Positions 34,601 through 47,302 of a DNA stretch of 64,000 nt are shown in pieces (the stretch's first letter is position 1; every line of letters starts with the position of its first letter). The DNA is taken from the NCBI GenBank assembly GCA_965285935.1, contig OZ260661.1, forward strand, positions 123,194,001 through 123,258,000, in the 5' to 3' direction. The notes below the pieces were generated by a model. The model made no database searches. It had not been told where the DNA came from and saw nothing but the letters and a program-made list of their open reading frames with translations. Made by a program: the position numbers and the translations under genes. The DNA is from Ophelia neglecta (lineage: Eukaryota).

Positions 34601-36505
34601 TCCATTTCCTATGAACTTCTTTCGCTGAGAAACTGGCAATCTCTTATACACTAGGCTGAACCGTAGTCGGGGGGAATAGCCATGCCAACGACATTGGCTA
34701 AGACGACATATATGCAGCCGGCCGCTTTTTGTATTACATCATACCATACAGTGTCTGCCTCAAGCAGGGTTAATTCAGTGAAGCGAAAGATCAAGAAGCA
34801 TGAGTCAACTAATAAAGAACTTGCTCGAGGCAGTGAGTTACCAAAAGCAGAAAGGTTTTTTTATGTTAGTCGAAATCGATTCCCTAGAAAAATAGAACAT
34901 ACTGAACTAAACATTGAAGCAGGTTGATTATTCATGTCTGGTCATTTGGCATGGTTTAGCATGGTAATGAAGCGATATTTTGCTTTAAAAGCAACTCAAA
35001 CGTGTGGTATTTAAATTGTGTTATTCAAAGATGTCGTGATCTGATTCGCAATAAGATTCGTTTTTACAAAAAAAAAAGTTCCTACCATGCGTCATGACAA
35101 GAAGGGATGACCTGATCGTATATGAATGTAACAACTTTATTAAAAGATTAAATTTAGTCAAGTGTGACAAATATTAGACGGTGAGTTCATATCAACCTAG
35201 TGTGCATCAATATATATATATTTTTGTGTTATACACTATGTAATGCATTGTTCTCACCGAATTCTTTCTCCTTTCACAACTTGTCATCATAGCCGTAATA
35301 TAAAAACAATTCAATTTTAACTGCTCAAAGGGTTCCATCTGGTAAGGGGGTCAGTATGGTCTGCTCATCTCCTGTGCCCAATTTATTTGTACACAAATTG
35401 TCAATATAATCTGCAACCACGTGTGTAGTTGGATGCTTTGTATATTAGTGAAGGTAGTCAAATTTATTTGTTTTATTTGACATTACTTATCCTCTTACGG
35501 CAAAACCTAATAGGCCGAGCCGTGCGTGATAATAAACAGTAAGGAGATCTAATGATATTGATCAAATAAAACATTATCCGATCTAGGTCATAAAAAAAGG
35601 TTTTCCTCCATCACAACCAAAGGTTATTTAGGTGAAAACCTTCTGAAATATCATACTTTCATAAGGCATACGTGTGGAAATGTATGTGTTAATGGGGGGG
35701 GGCGGATACAAAGACAACTACCCTCTTTTTCTTTTCAGATGCCTCCATATCTGACAATTTATCCCTCGTCTGCCAAGTAAAAATAACATGGCTACAATGG
35801 CAGTGCTTGCACACCGAAAACTAAGCCTTGTCTTTTACAGCACTGTGCCTTTCATGTCTAGACAAAACAGTTCTATCTTAACAGAGACGACAAGGAAAGA
35901 GGTAGTAAAAATATATATTCCTGGTTTCCATTGCAGCAAGCAGTATTACCAAGTGTCTCTCACTCGAAAACAAAATGAGTTGCTTACATTGTAGGAGCAT
36001 AATCCTCTTAAAGTTGTTGGCTTTGTGACCATTTACACGGCTTTAGGAATAATCCACTGGACCCTTTAGGGAATTTAGGTAATACCAAACCCACTTTATA
36101 CACAAATTTAATTCTTGTTATCGCTAACGTTAAAAATAACCTGGTGGTATTGTGTATCGAGTTTACGAGTAGGTATGTATTGTTCAAGTAATATATGTTC
36201 AATTAGTATATGTACACAACTAGTCGATGTACATTTAGTATATGTACACTAAGTCTCGTTGGGAGCATTGACTATCTGTACGCTACCTATCTATGAGCAA
36301 CTTATGCATAAAAGAACAATAGTCACATTTGGGGAATTTTCTGAATTATATGTTATGCCACATGGGTGACCCTTAATGACTTTATGTACCTGGTCTATAG
36401 GCATAAACAGTGTCTGCCTACACGCTTTCCTGGTGCATTAGGGGGCCATTGGGTAATAGTCATTCGCTGATATATAAAGACTAGTGCAGTGTGTAAACCA
36501 TTTGC

Positions 36506-37921
36506 AAATGCAAATATGTCTATTTTACTAATAAGCATGATCTTGGACAAACTCCGTCTATTATGATCAACAACCAGGTGATCGAAAGATCTGACGAAGC
36601 AACGCCCTTAGGAATTGTTCTCGATAGAAAACTTAATTGGTCCGATCACGTATTATATATTGGCCAGAAGGCAAACAGTAGGATTGCTCTTCTTTCTAAA
36701 TTTAAATATGTTCTCTCTAGGGAGAGTCTGGCAATTGCATACAAAGTATTTGTCCGACCTATACTGGGACTATGATTGTATATTATTTGACTGTTGTTCT
36801 GAGGCAAACGTTACTGTTCTAGAGAATATCCAGTTAGATGCAATAAGACTCATTACTGGTATCAGGAGAGGAACTTCCCATGTCAAGCTTTATACAGAAT
36901 CAGGTCTAGTACCTCTCTCCCAGAGAATGAAAGCAATAAGGCTTTGCAAATTTTATGATATCAACACAAGTTTTGCCCCTCTGTATCTCCAAACCCACCT
37001 ACCCCCTTTACAAGCTTCAAGAGGTTATGTCACTAAATCTGTTGATCTTCAGCAACTTGTCATACCTTACTGTAGGACTACTTCTTATCAAAGGTCTTTT
37101 TTTCCACAAACCACTCTTGATTGGAATGACTTATTACTCCAAACGCGTCTTTCAGTTACAAAGTCTGCCTTTAAAGGAATTATCTTCCCACGAGACGCAA
37201 AATGTACTGCATATTATGGCATGGGGTCTCGACCTACAAAAATTTTCCTTGCTCAGCTAAGGGCCTATTGTACTTCTTTAAATCTTGATTTGTATCTTAA
37301 CCACTGTGTTGACTCACCTGAGTGTGCCTGCGGACATACAGATGAGTCGCACGACCATTTCCTCTTCTATTGTGCGAGATATAGTAATCTTCGAAATTTA
37401 TTTATAGACTGTTTGATTCATGCATCGCTCCCTCTATCATCAATTTCACTAAAGACGGGGTTGGGTAACATCGACATTGATAAGGTAATTGTGTGCGCTT
37501 TAGGGCGATTTCTAGAAAAACTAAACGGTTAACTTTGTAGACACTGCTGTAGAATCATTTACTCATCCGTCCATCCATCTTACAATTCTCACTATCACAC
37601 CTAAAATTTGCACTCAAACCCCTTTCAGTAATCCATTGATTGTTATCTGGTATTTGTACTTTGTTATATTGTTAGATTTAATCTCTTGTAAATAATTATA
37701 ATTATTTCCCTGATTAATAATTTCTCGTTCATGTGAAGCATAATCCGTCGGTACTTTTACGTGTTTGATCACTAGAACATACGTGTAAATAGTTTGTGTG
37801 AATAGCTAGCTAGCGAAAAACAGAATTTATTGTAAAATTTATACTTTGTATATTATCTGGTAACCCTCCTTGATAAGCTTTTAGCTATTGAGGGTAGCCA
37901 GCGAATAAATATGTTTAAACC
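36506..37921 (+). mobile_element. 5'-truncated CR1-clade LINE
   Basis: ORF2 3' part: LGIVLDRKLNWSDHV...YKVFVRPIL/YDC...LENIQLDAIRLITG...SFFPQTTLDWNDL...CACGHTDESHDHFLFYCARY (one frameshift near 36770). 3' hairpin ACCCTC...GAGGGT (37863-37896) and end AATAAATATGTTTAAACC. Absent from the paralogous copy. Confidence 0.9.
36563..37532 (+). pseudogene. LINE ORF2 C-terminal fragment (RT thumb + CCHC-type finger)
   Basis: ORFs 36563-36775 and 36615-37532 join by one frameshift into a typical CR1 ORF2 C-terminus. Confidence 0.85.
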
Positions 37922-38274
37922 AATGCTTAAACATGAAAATTATTGATGGTTTCGAATAAATCCGATCGGACATTCCCAATATTACGAGTGAGTGAGGCTG
38001 TTCGGCCTCCAATAAACTCGTGTCTTTCCAACAACAACTGATGTATTTGCAACCACCTTCCCCCGCACTTAGAGATGTCCTTCAACTTAGGATTGCCTTA
38101 AAACACACAACCCAATGTGCAGAAAATAGTGTATTTTTTCACTGTAAATTGTATAAAAGGATGACCGGAGGATTATGTTCCTATACACAGTACACGAATC
38201 AACCATCCTTGAGCATGAACAATTATATTTTTGAGCGTCTTGTTTTCAACGGCCACTAACAAAATAAGCTTATT

Positions 38275-38786
38275 CTACCCTTCATAAAGCATAATTACTT
38301 GCAGACATCTTGTATATATATTTATGTATATGTATATATTGCGCCTCTGTGTCTGTACAACAACGATATGTGTATGTCTAAGCCAATTGGTTCTTATTTC
38401 CGCCCGTTCTTCCTCCGCTGTTATTTCTCGACTTCCTGTGGTGCCCATAACGACGAGTGGTATGTATGACCTTAAATGAGGACTCCAGCAAATGGAAAAC
38501 ACAGTCGACAACCACTTATATGTGTTAAAGAGCTGTTTGTTATCGACATTGCTTATTTATAGATTTAATGTTGAAAGGTGACGCACTGTGATAACAACAA
38601 TGGCGAACAGTGAACCTAAAAGCCCCAAGAGATAAATCATTATCCAGCATTTAATACTTCACACTGTTCAAATCATACATTCCAAATACGCTGAATACGA
38701 GGCTGGATTTATTGATCTGTCAAGAAATTTATAAGCACAAAACCTAATGCGAACGCTGTTGGCAATCAAGGGAAATAGCTACGAAT
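38275..38786 (-). pseudogene. Truncated duplicate of the GPCR pseudogene (TM5-TM7 part)
   Basis: STVFSICWSPHLRSYIPLVVMG, paralogous to 39385-39705. Confidence 0.5.
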
Positions 38787-39975
38787 ATGAGCAACTTATG
38801 CATAAAAGAACAATAGTCACATTTGGGGAATTTTCTGAATCATATGTTATGCCTCAAGGGTGACCCTTACTGACTTTATGTACCTTGTCTATAGGCGTAA
38901 ACAGTGTCTGTCTAAACATGATGAATTTGGCTTTCCTGGTGCATTGGCCAATGGGTATTAGGGTAATAGTAATTCGTTTATATATAAAGACTAGTGCAGT
39001 ATGTAAACCATTTGCCAGGTTTTGCAATTGTACAAGTGAATGCTCATACATGAAAATCATTACTGGTTTCGAATAAATCCGATGGGACATTCCCAATATT
39101 ACGAGTGAGGCTGTTCGGCCTCCAATGAACTCGTATCTTTCCAACATCATCTGATGTACCTTCCCTCGCACTTAGAGATGTCCTTCAACTTAGGGTTGCC
39201 TTGAAACACACAACACAATGTGCAGAAAAAGTGGATATTTTCCCTGTGAAATGTTTAGAAAGATGAATTGAGGATTATGTTACCTATACACAGTACACGA
39301 ATCAACCATCCTTGAGCATGAATCTTTAATTTTTTTGGCGTCTTGTTTTCAACGGTCACTAACTGAATAAGCTTATGCTACCCTTCATAAAGCATAAATG
39401 CTTGCAGACAGCATGTATATATATATGTATATATATATATTGCGCCTCTGTGTCTGTTTAACAAAAATGTATGTATGTCTAAGCCAATTTGTTCTTATTT
39501 CAGCCTGTTCTTCCTCCGCTGTTAATTCTCTACTCCCAGTGGTGCCCATAAAGACAATTGGTATGTATGACCTTAAATGGGGACTCCAGCAAACAGAAAA
39601 CACAGTGGACAGCAACTTATATGTGTAAAGAGCTGTTCGTTTTTCCCTGATACTAAATCCAAGACATATCGATATTTTTAGATTAAATGTTGAAAGGTGA
39701 CGCATTGTAATAACAACAATGGCAAACGGTGAAAACTAACAGCCCCAAGACATTAATCATTATCCGACATTTTATACTTCATACTTTTCAGATCATCCAT
39801 TCCAAATACAATTAATGCTAGGCGGGTTGTATTGATCTGTCAAGCAATTTATAAGCACAAAACTAATGCTTCCAACGGAAAAGGTTAGCATCCTCCTCCT
39901 TCCTTTGACTATGAGGCATTATCCATTGTAAACAGTGCGAACGTTGTTGCCAATCAATGGAAACAGCTACCAATA
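38787..39975 (+). repeat. Tandem duplication unit 2 (no LINE)
   Basis: Head-to-tail with unit 1; has about 65 extra bp at ~39870-39935. Confidence 0.9.
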
Positions 39976-40164
39976 CTTTAACCACACGCAAGTTATCGTG
40001 AGCTTTAACATTACCTCCCTGGACTTCAGCTCCCTTGACGATGAAATTAGGTTCGCATTGCTACTATAATCAATGCTGATAAAGCTGATAAGCATGATTT
40101 GATTGAGAGATGGAGGGGAGGGGAGTGCATAGGAGCACAGTGGAACGGGTAGGCGTACTTTCAC
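39385..40164 (-). pseudogene. Decayed rhodopsin-family (class A) GPCR
   Basis: SLNQIMLISFISIDY (TM3/DRY-like), LTITCVW (TM4), EKRTALYTYKLLSTVFSVCWSP (TM6 CWxP) and LSASIYAL (TM7-like) occur in the right order, with stops and frameshifts between them. Confidence 0.55.
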
Positions 40165-43100
40165 TGAACGGAGGAAAACACGAATAATAATCAGTTAATA
40201 CAATTACTACGATAAGTTCCTAGCCCTATTTGATTTTGATGAAAAGAATACTTTGACTAAAATTCTTAAGCATAGAGATTTTTCTACTTCAATCAATCTC
40301 AACAATGACCCGTGTCTTGTTTCACACTACTTATTTAAATAAAGAATATTACGATTTCCAACCCCAGAAAATATCGTCAATCAACTCCAGTCATAGTATA
40401 AATAAAGGCGCTGATTATAACATGAAACATTTCACCACAGACGGGTCTAAAAGGTTCTTGCATTCTCAAAAAGATAAAGTATTCAAATATCTTCGATGAT
40501 GCAATGATATTAAATGTGGTATTTGGGACACGATTCTTCAAACAAAAATTACTTCCATAGTTCATTTTATAATAAAATGTTCTCGGCTTCAATTAAAACT
40601 ACATCAAAATGCTGGTATATTATATTTTCCCAGGGAGCCCACTTTCCTAACTAGTCGTCCCTTTCTCTCTCAAGGGCAGCCACGACATTTGCTTGAGGAT
40701 GGGCTCTACTTACCACTTATACTTTCCAGATATGACAACCTCGTAGTAGGGATAGCAATGCCGTCTACACAACTACATATACAAACCTGAAATTAAAATG
40801 AAACAAAATCAATTTCCCTGTGTATTGAAATTCATCATAAAATATAAAAAATATTATCACTCGAACTTGAAGCAAGGCTGTTGTCATGATTAATTCATCG
40901 CCCTAGGGTTTGCAGTGAACCAAGGAGCAATTAGTCCATGCAGTCCTGCCTTCCATCCAGTGACACACCCCACCCTTGATAAATAAATAGTATGCTAAAT
41001 GAATTGTTAATATTTGAGACACGGAATGATGATGTTTCCCCGAAGCTGAGTGTTTAGGAACAGAGTATCTTGGAGTGTGCAAATAGATAAGCTAGTAAAT
41101 TGATCCAGCGGTTTCATCCACAAACCCGAACTTTATATTTGCGTACGATTAGGTCGGATGCCTTCCCTTGAGAGCGTACACTGATTCTGACAAATTGATG
41201 TTTTTAGGAAGACTGTGCAAACTCGAAACTGGAGCGAATTCTAGTATGCTCGTCACCACAAGGCTAGTTGATGCTTTTTACTGCGATACAATTAGTGGTA
41301 ACGGCTTAACCCATTTAATGAGAGCCTAGTACTGTCGGGCTAAACAATGTCTCTTGTTGTTTTGGATGTTAGAGGGTCTTGTTTTAAATAGGGATTTTTC
41401 ATTTACCATAGTTTCCATGTTTATCCCACATCTCCTACATGAATTACAATAATGGAATAATGTACCTCGATTTTATTATAAAAAGCAATATTAACATGCA
41501 ATTCAGTATTTACATGTATTGATGAAAATGTTAACTAACACCGTCTCCCATGACCACGGTTGTAACGGCTTAACCGCATACCTAGTCATTAAGCTTTATA
41601 AATAATCAAACTGCTCTTTATCTACGTTTCCACTTTCTAACTTCTTCCGGCTTGTCACCACGATATGGCATCCCAGTGAAGCCGTTAAGGCACATTACCA
41701 AATAAATTCAAGATTACTATATACCTCTTGAGCATAGTATTCCCCCAACGATAATAAAAGGCATTTGCTTACAATATGCTATCCACATTTTCCATAAATA
41801 ACAGAATGGCTATCCAAATCGGAATTAATTTTCTATTGTTCGATATAAAGGGGTTTTGTAACAATTGATTATTTAATGCAGAAACAATAATTCACACGCA
41901 GCTGCCCTTAAAGAAATCACATTTCAAATGGTATATCAAGTAAGTAACACATCATAATGAAGTATTGTGTGTGTATTTTTCTCGAATACTTCTGTATTAT
42001 AAGGTAAGCCTCATCCATATTATCATCACCGTATACCAAGGAACATTGTAACCAATAATATCGTAACTTATTTAAAAATATAATTTAGTGGCAAATGTAA
42101 AGATACACGATAAAGATTATTGAGAGAAGATATATCGCTTGCTATTAGTGACATTTTCTAGCTGTGTAGTAGTTTGTCGTCCTCCGTGGAAATGTGGTCT
42201 GGGTAAGACTATGTCGTAATTCTGTCTCTGGCCATTATCATGGGCGCAGCCATTTTGTTGGCTGTATCTTCCCGGTAGCTGCGCAGTGGGATGCACCCGG
42301 ACACAACACATCCAGAGCAGTAGGGTGGAAATTCAACGAAAAGATAAAAATGGACAAATACAAATATGGAAGTAACAACAACAAATATCACTATAATTAG
42401 AAATAGCAAATTACTATCAGTGAAACTATACCTACCAAATTTATTATAAACAGTTAACTTTTTATGACAATTTCAAATAAACCATTGACATATATAACAA
42501 ACAGCTTTGTCCTTGCACGTTCGCATACATATTGGTAGAGTCGAATTTTATAGAAACGTCACTAGACATTAAACTAGTATAAAGAAACTTAAAAACAACT
42601 ATTTATCATTAGAAAAATAAACAACATGAAAGAATCATTTTAAACCGCATCATTGGTTGATTTCCCATAAAGTATGGACCAGTAATCAGAGGCCAACTTT
42701 GCGGGAAGTTAAAAGTTAAGTTGTTAGAAAATATATATCAGACTCCCTAAAGCCTAGAAGGTTTCAAGAAGCCTTCTTACGTCTTACTTAGCTAAAAATA
42801 TTAATTAAAGGAATGGAGCAAAATCTGCCCTATCCCTTCCCTAGGTCCTAAACATTGAACTCTCTCTAAGACAGTCTACGGTCGAAATCTTATACTTTAA
42901 TCCACGCTGTTGCAACGGCAGCAGACGACTTCCACAGCAATATTCCACTGAGCAGCTAGAGGGCTGCATTGCATCAGGCTGCAAGAACTTTCGTAGACTC
43001 TTTTTATGAACTAATTATACGAATGAAAACGCAAGACTTGCGGATGCTTCGTGAAATATCAATGTCTTCAATAAAATGCTACCGAATGTGTAAAGTGAAC

Positions 43101-44747
43101 CAGATTCTGTTTTATTGTGACTGAAAACATTATTCTAACCATACCTGCTCCCTCCCCATAATCGTTTTTAATTTAGTTGGCGCTTTCGATCACTTACCCT
43201 TCCTATACCTTCCCACAATTGCAACCACCCTCCTCATTCTATTCCTTTCCTCAAGTGCCTGTATCTCTCAAGCCCTGCCTTTTATTGTGACACGATGCTT
43301 CACTTGCATCCCACCCCACCCGTCTCATCTGCATACACACCCCACGAACTGCAATTCCTCCAGATATTGAGCGAACCGTTGCTCATTCTCAAACAGGTGT
43401 TACACGCATTAATTTTCTGACATCGTGCATAGGGTAGGACTTGCCAAAAGATCGGTTTCGAAATGCCAAGATAAGCCTAAGCTCAAATTTAATGTTGAGA
43501 ATTTTATAGCTTAGGTGAGACTTGGTCAGTTTTTATTTTTTCCCATCAGCTGACTGTGGGCCTCTGACTTATAAGCATAAATAGGGATTTAAACTATAGC
43601 GGGTATATATCATGGTCGTCCCTAATCCCAACTAGTCAAATCCCAGCTAGTAACCGTCTTACAGATAGTTGACTTTCATGGCATTACTTCATGATATATT
43701 TACGGCGTTGAGTGTGCGTGAGTCTCTAAAGAACGGACATCATCGTGGTCATAAATAATTGATTACAGTCTGTTTTCACGTGAGGTTTAGAATCTTAGCA
43801 TGAATGCTCAAATACTAAGACGGTTGTTTGGCTGGCGGCCAGGCTCATTTGGTATCAAAACTTCGGTTTCAGTGCTATGGAACCACATTTTTAAACGTAG
43901 ACCATGGTTCAGAGTATCACCTTGCTAATAGTGTTTCATACCGTGCACTTCAAAGGATTGATAATCCTGAGGCTAACATCGATCACAGTGACATGAGACG
44001 CTAGCATTGAGTTTGACACTGTGCTTGCTTTCCTTTAGGCTCTGTTGATTAGCTTAGTGTCCAGGGGTTATCAGAAAAGTTGGTTCAATTATCTTTATTT
44101 TTAGTTTTTCTATTTTCAGACCGTGTTCAGTAAATTTCCGTTCGGCCTAAGCTCATGCTTTGTTCATCATGCAATGTTTAAATGTGTCTGCCGGATAAGG
44201 CAAGGAAATAAATAACATTTACAAGGAAAGGAAATAAAATTGTACTAAATGTTTTTTGTCTTGTATTGATCTGACGTTATTATTGAGCTGATGCATTACG
44301 GCCATCGTTGTTTCTTCCATCCATATTTGATTACGAAAAATTCACTAACTACAGTCGAACTGAAAAAACATAGATACGAATCACAAATTGAACAGGCATT
44401 TAAAAGCAAATGAAACATTTGAATTAATAAAGAATACACGGTTTGAAATTAACCAATTAAAAAGGTGTTAGCTAACACATCATTTTTCCACTTTACTTAA
44501 TAACGTTGGCAGAACTTATTCAATCAATTGGGTCGAGCCTTAATTTGGCAGTGCCTTGGCGGGCAGCAAGCCAGAGCGGGCGCGGCCAGTGCAACGCCAC
44601 CGTCTGACGCGATTGTCAATATCAGGCTCTTTTGTAGATTGGATCGCTGTGAGCAGGACCCGGTAATCAATTCCGTTGGCTGCAGTGCACAGTACAGTGC
44701 GAGCCGGTAGGAGAAAAATGTCTGTCATGAATCGCTTGTAGGGTACA

Positions 44748-47302
44748 ATGTACTTGTGGAATAAGGTTTTCGGTCCTTCTACAGGCGTCAAAGCGATGGA
44801 AGGCACACATGTACGAGATATACTTTCAATAGGTTCACAATCACCAAGAAATGTTAATACCGGTCAACAAGTTAATCGTCTGCTCTGGAAATTGGGAAAG
44901 AAGGGACACGGCAAGTACCAGTTTGACATGCCTTGTGGTGTTGCTGTTACTAAGAAAGGTGAGTATTCGCTCAGTTATCAAACCTAACGATTAAATTGGA
45001 TTCGTGATAGCTCATGTTTCATGTTCATTTTAAAATTGTATAATAGGCAAAAGGAAAACAAACACCGCGATATCATTCAATTGTTTGAAGCGTATGATTT
45101 GAACGCATTATTTGATATCGATCCCCTTCGCATAATAATAACCGGTAAATTGGCAGTTGTCTAAAAACGTTCTTTTGCTCTTTGTTCTCTTTCATTCTAA
45201 TAAGTTCAAGTTAAGAATATTTACACGATTTTCATTAAGGTATACGGATAGCTAAAGGTTTTTACCGAGTTATAACACCGAATACAAATATATGGTATAT
45301 TCTTTATGGAGTTTAACTCAAATTACAATATTATCGCTGTGGAAATTTAATGAAATAAATAGAAATCAGGCTGTGCCATTTATCAATTTGAAGAAACAAA
45401 ACCCCGCATCCAGACGCCAGGTTTGAAAATGATTACTAAACAAATGATGGGTATTTTCGATAATTTTTCGACGAAAAATTTGTGTGAACTGAAACAATAC
45501 ATTAATCTTATCCCAAATTGAATAATTTGATTCAATAAACCATATGCATGGCGTTCAAAAGGAGAAAGGTAAGAATCATGTAAGGAACGTATAAAACATG
45601 ATTTGCTACCTCACTTTGAATCTGAACTTTTCGGCCCTATTTCCCATTCAGAATTCGGATCAACTCCATGGTCATTAAATGCATTAAGTAGCTGGTTGTG
45701 TTAGACAAGCAGAACAGCAGTATTATGCTGTCAGCTGATATACCTAACAGGCATCTGCCTTTCCAATGACTATATTAACCAAAATATTATGGAAGATTCA
45801 TATTCAGAAAAGGTTATTTGACAAGTATTATCATTTGATACATAATATACAATTTAATTCATTATAAATGCTCAGAACTACGAAAACGTAACCATTAACA
45901 GATAACAAAATATAGACATGGGAGTCAAATCTGTGAAGGACGCGTAAGGAATCGCCATTTCACTAATTACAGGGATGTTCTATTGATACCAGCGTAGAAA
46001 ATGTGGTCTTATTAGGACTTAATCAACCCGCCAGTCTTTGAGTTTTGCACCCCTTAGACGATTTTCACTTGGGAAGCATAATAATCATGGTGTTCGAATC
46101 ATGCTAAATACATCCACGTATCTAACGACAAATGGCATTACTTGGAAGTGTTTGAACGTTGGACCAAAAGGGTCGCTCTTAATGCGGTACAACGGTGATC
46201 TCCCTATGAAGACTGCATAAAATATTGAGTTTTTTAAGGAAAGTAGGAGGCTGTTGTACATTTTGTACATATGTCTGCATTTGGCCGTTTAAATTTCATT
46301 TTAATTGTCAAACCTTTAATTCGATCTAATATTGTTGCAGGAGACTTTGTAGTAGCTGATACAGAGAACAACAGACTGCAGTTGTTTTCTCAGAATGGTC
46401 ACCTGAATACCAAGATTGGAGAAAAAGGTTCACAGCCTTATCAGCTTAATCACCCAATGTGTGTTACCTTGACCCAAGACGATCCTGAGAATATCCTAGT
46501 TACAGATAGTGTCAACGCCAGTGTTAAAATGTTCAGCCAGCAAGGCGTTTTCTTGGCTCAATACTGCGAATACGGAACTTTCGATTTTCCTTATGGAATT
46601 GCGGTGACTTCCGGCCAGTATATAGTAGTGACCGACGTGTGCAGACACTCTGTCATTGTGCTTTATCCCAGTGGGTGCAAGAAGGATCATTTTGGGCAGT
46701 ATGGAGATGGCCTACTCGATTTCGACCACCCATATTTCGTAGCTGTTAATAGCTTGGATCACATTATTGTATCCGATACTGGGAATACTAGCGTCAAAGT
46801 TTTCACAATGGAAGGAGAGATTCTTCAACGTTTCAATATGTTTGACTTTCGGTTGTTTGAGGAACATTTTGTTCTACTCCAAGGCGTAACCGTGGATCCC
46901 CGTGATAATATCATAATTATTGGGAACTCGACCGTGTATATTGCTGCAAGGAATGGCAGGTTTTGGGAGGTTTTACTTCCAAGCGATGGTTTGCACTCTC
47001 CTAAATGTATAGCCTATTCTGAACTGGGACAGTTGGTTGTGACTCAATGTGGTACTGACCAAACACATGAAGTGTCTGTCTTCCGATACGACATGGATGA
47101 TTTTCGATCTTTAATAAGCGTGCCAGTTGGATGTTTGGTAAATAAGGAAGATGTTACTGAGAGTAAACGTGCACATGGGCCAAGGAAGTTTGGACACGAC
47201 AATTGTAAAAAGTCCACTGTGATCAGAAAATATAAAAGAACAAGTCTTGCAAGTACCAGTAGCACAGATGATGCTGACGATAAAGGACAACGAGAAAGTT
47301 AA
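44748..47302 (+). CDS. NHL-repeat beta-propeller protein, TRIM2/3/LIN-41-like NHL domain (390 aa; exons 44748-44958, 46341-47302)
   Basis: Phase-1 intron (AAG|GTGAGT ... TTGCAG|) joins QFDMPCGVAVTKK-G-DFVVADTENNRLQLF. Further repeats: LNHPMCVTL, FDFPYGIAV, FDHPYFVAVNSLDHIIVSDTGN, LQGVTVD, LHSPKCIA. Confidence 0.9.

Larger units (their letters stand above)
36292..38786 (+). repeat. Tandem duplication unit 1 (interrupted by LINE at ~36506-37921)
   Basis: 36292-36505 and 37922-38786 align with 38787-39975. Confidence 0.9.

Noticed and set aside
46271-46340. ATG at 46271 as start of the NHL protein
   Set aside because: It lies in the intron; exon 44748-44958 supplies the first half of the NHL repeat in the correct phase.
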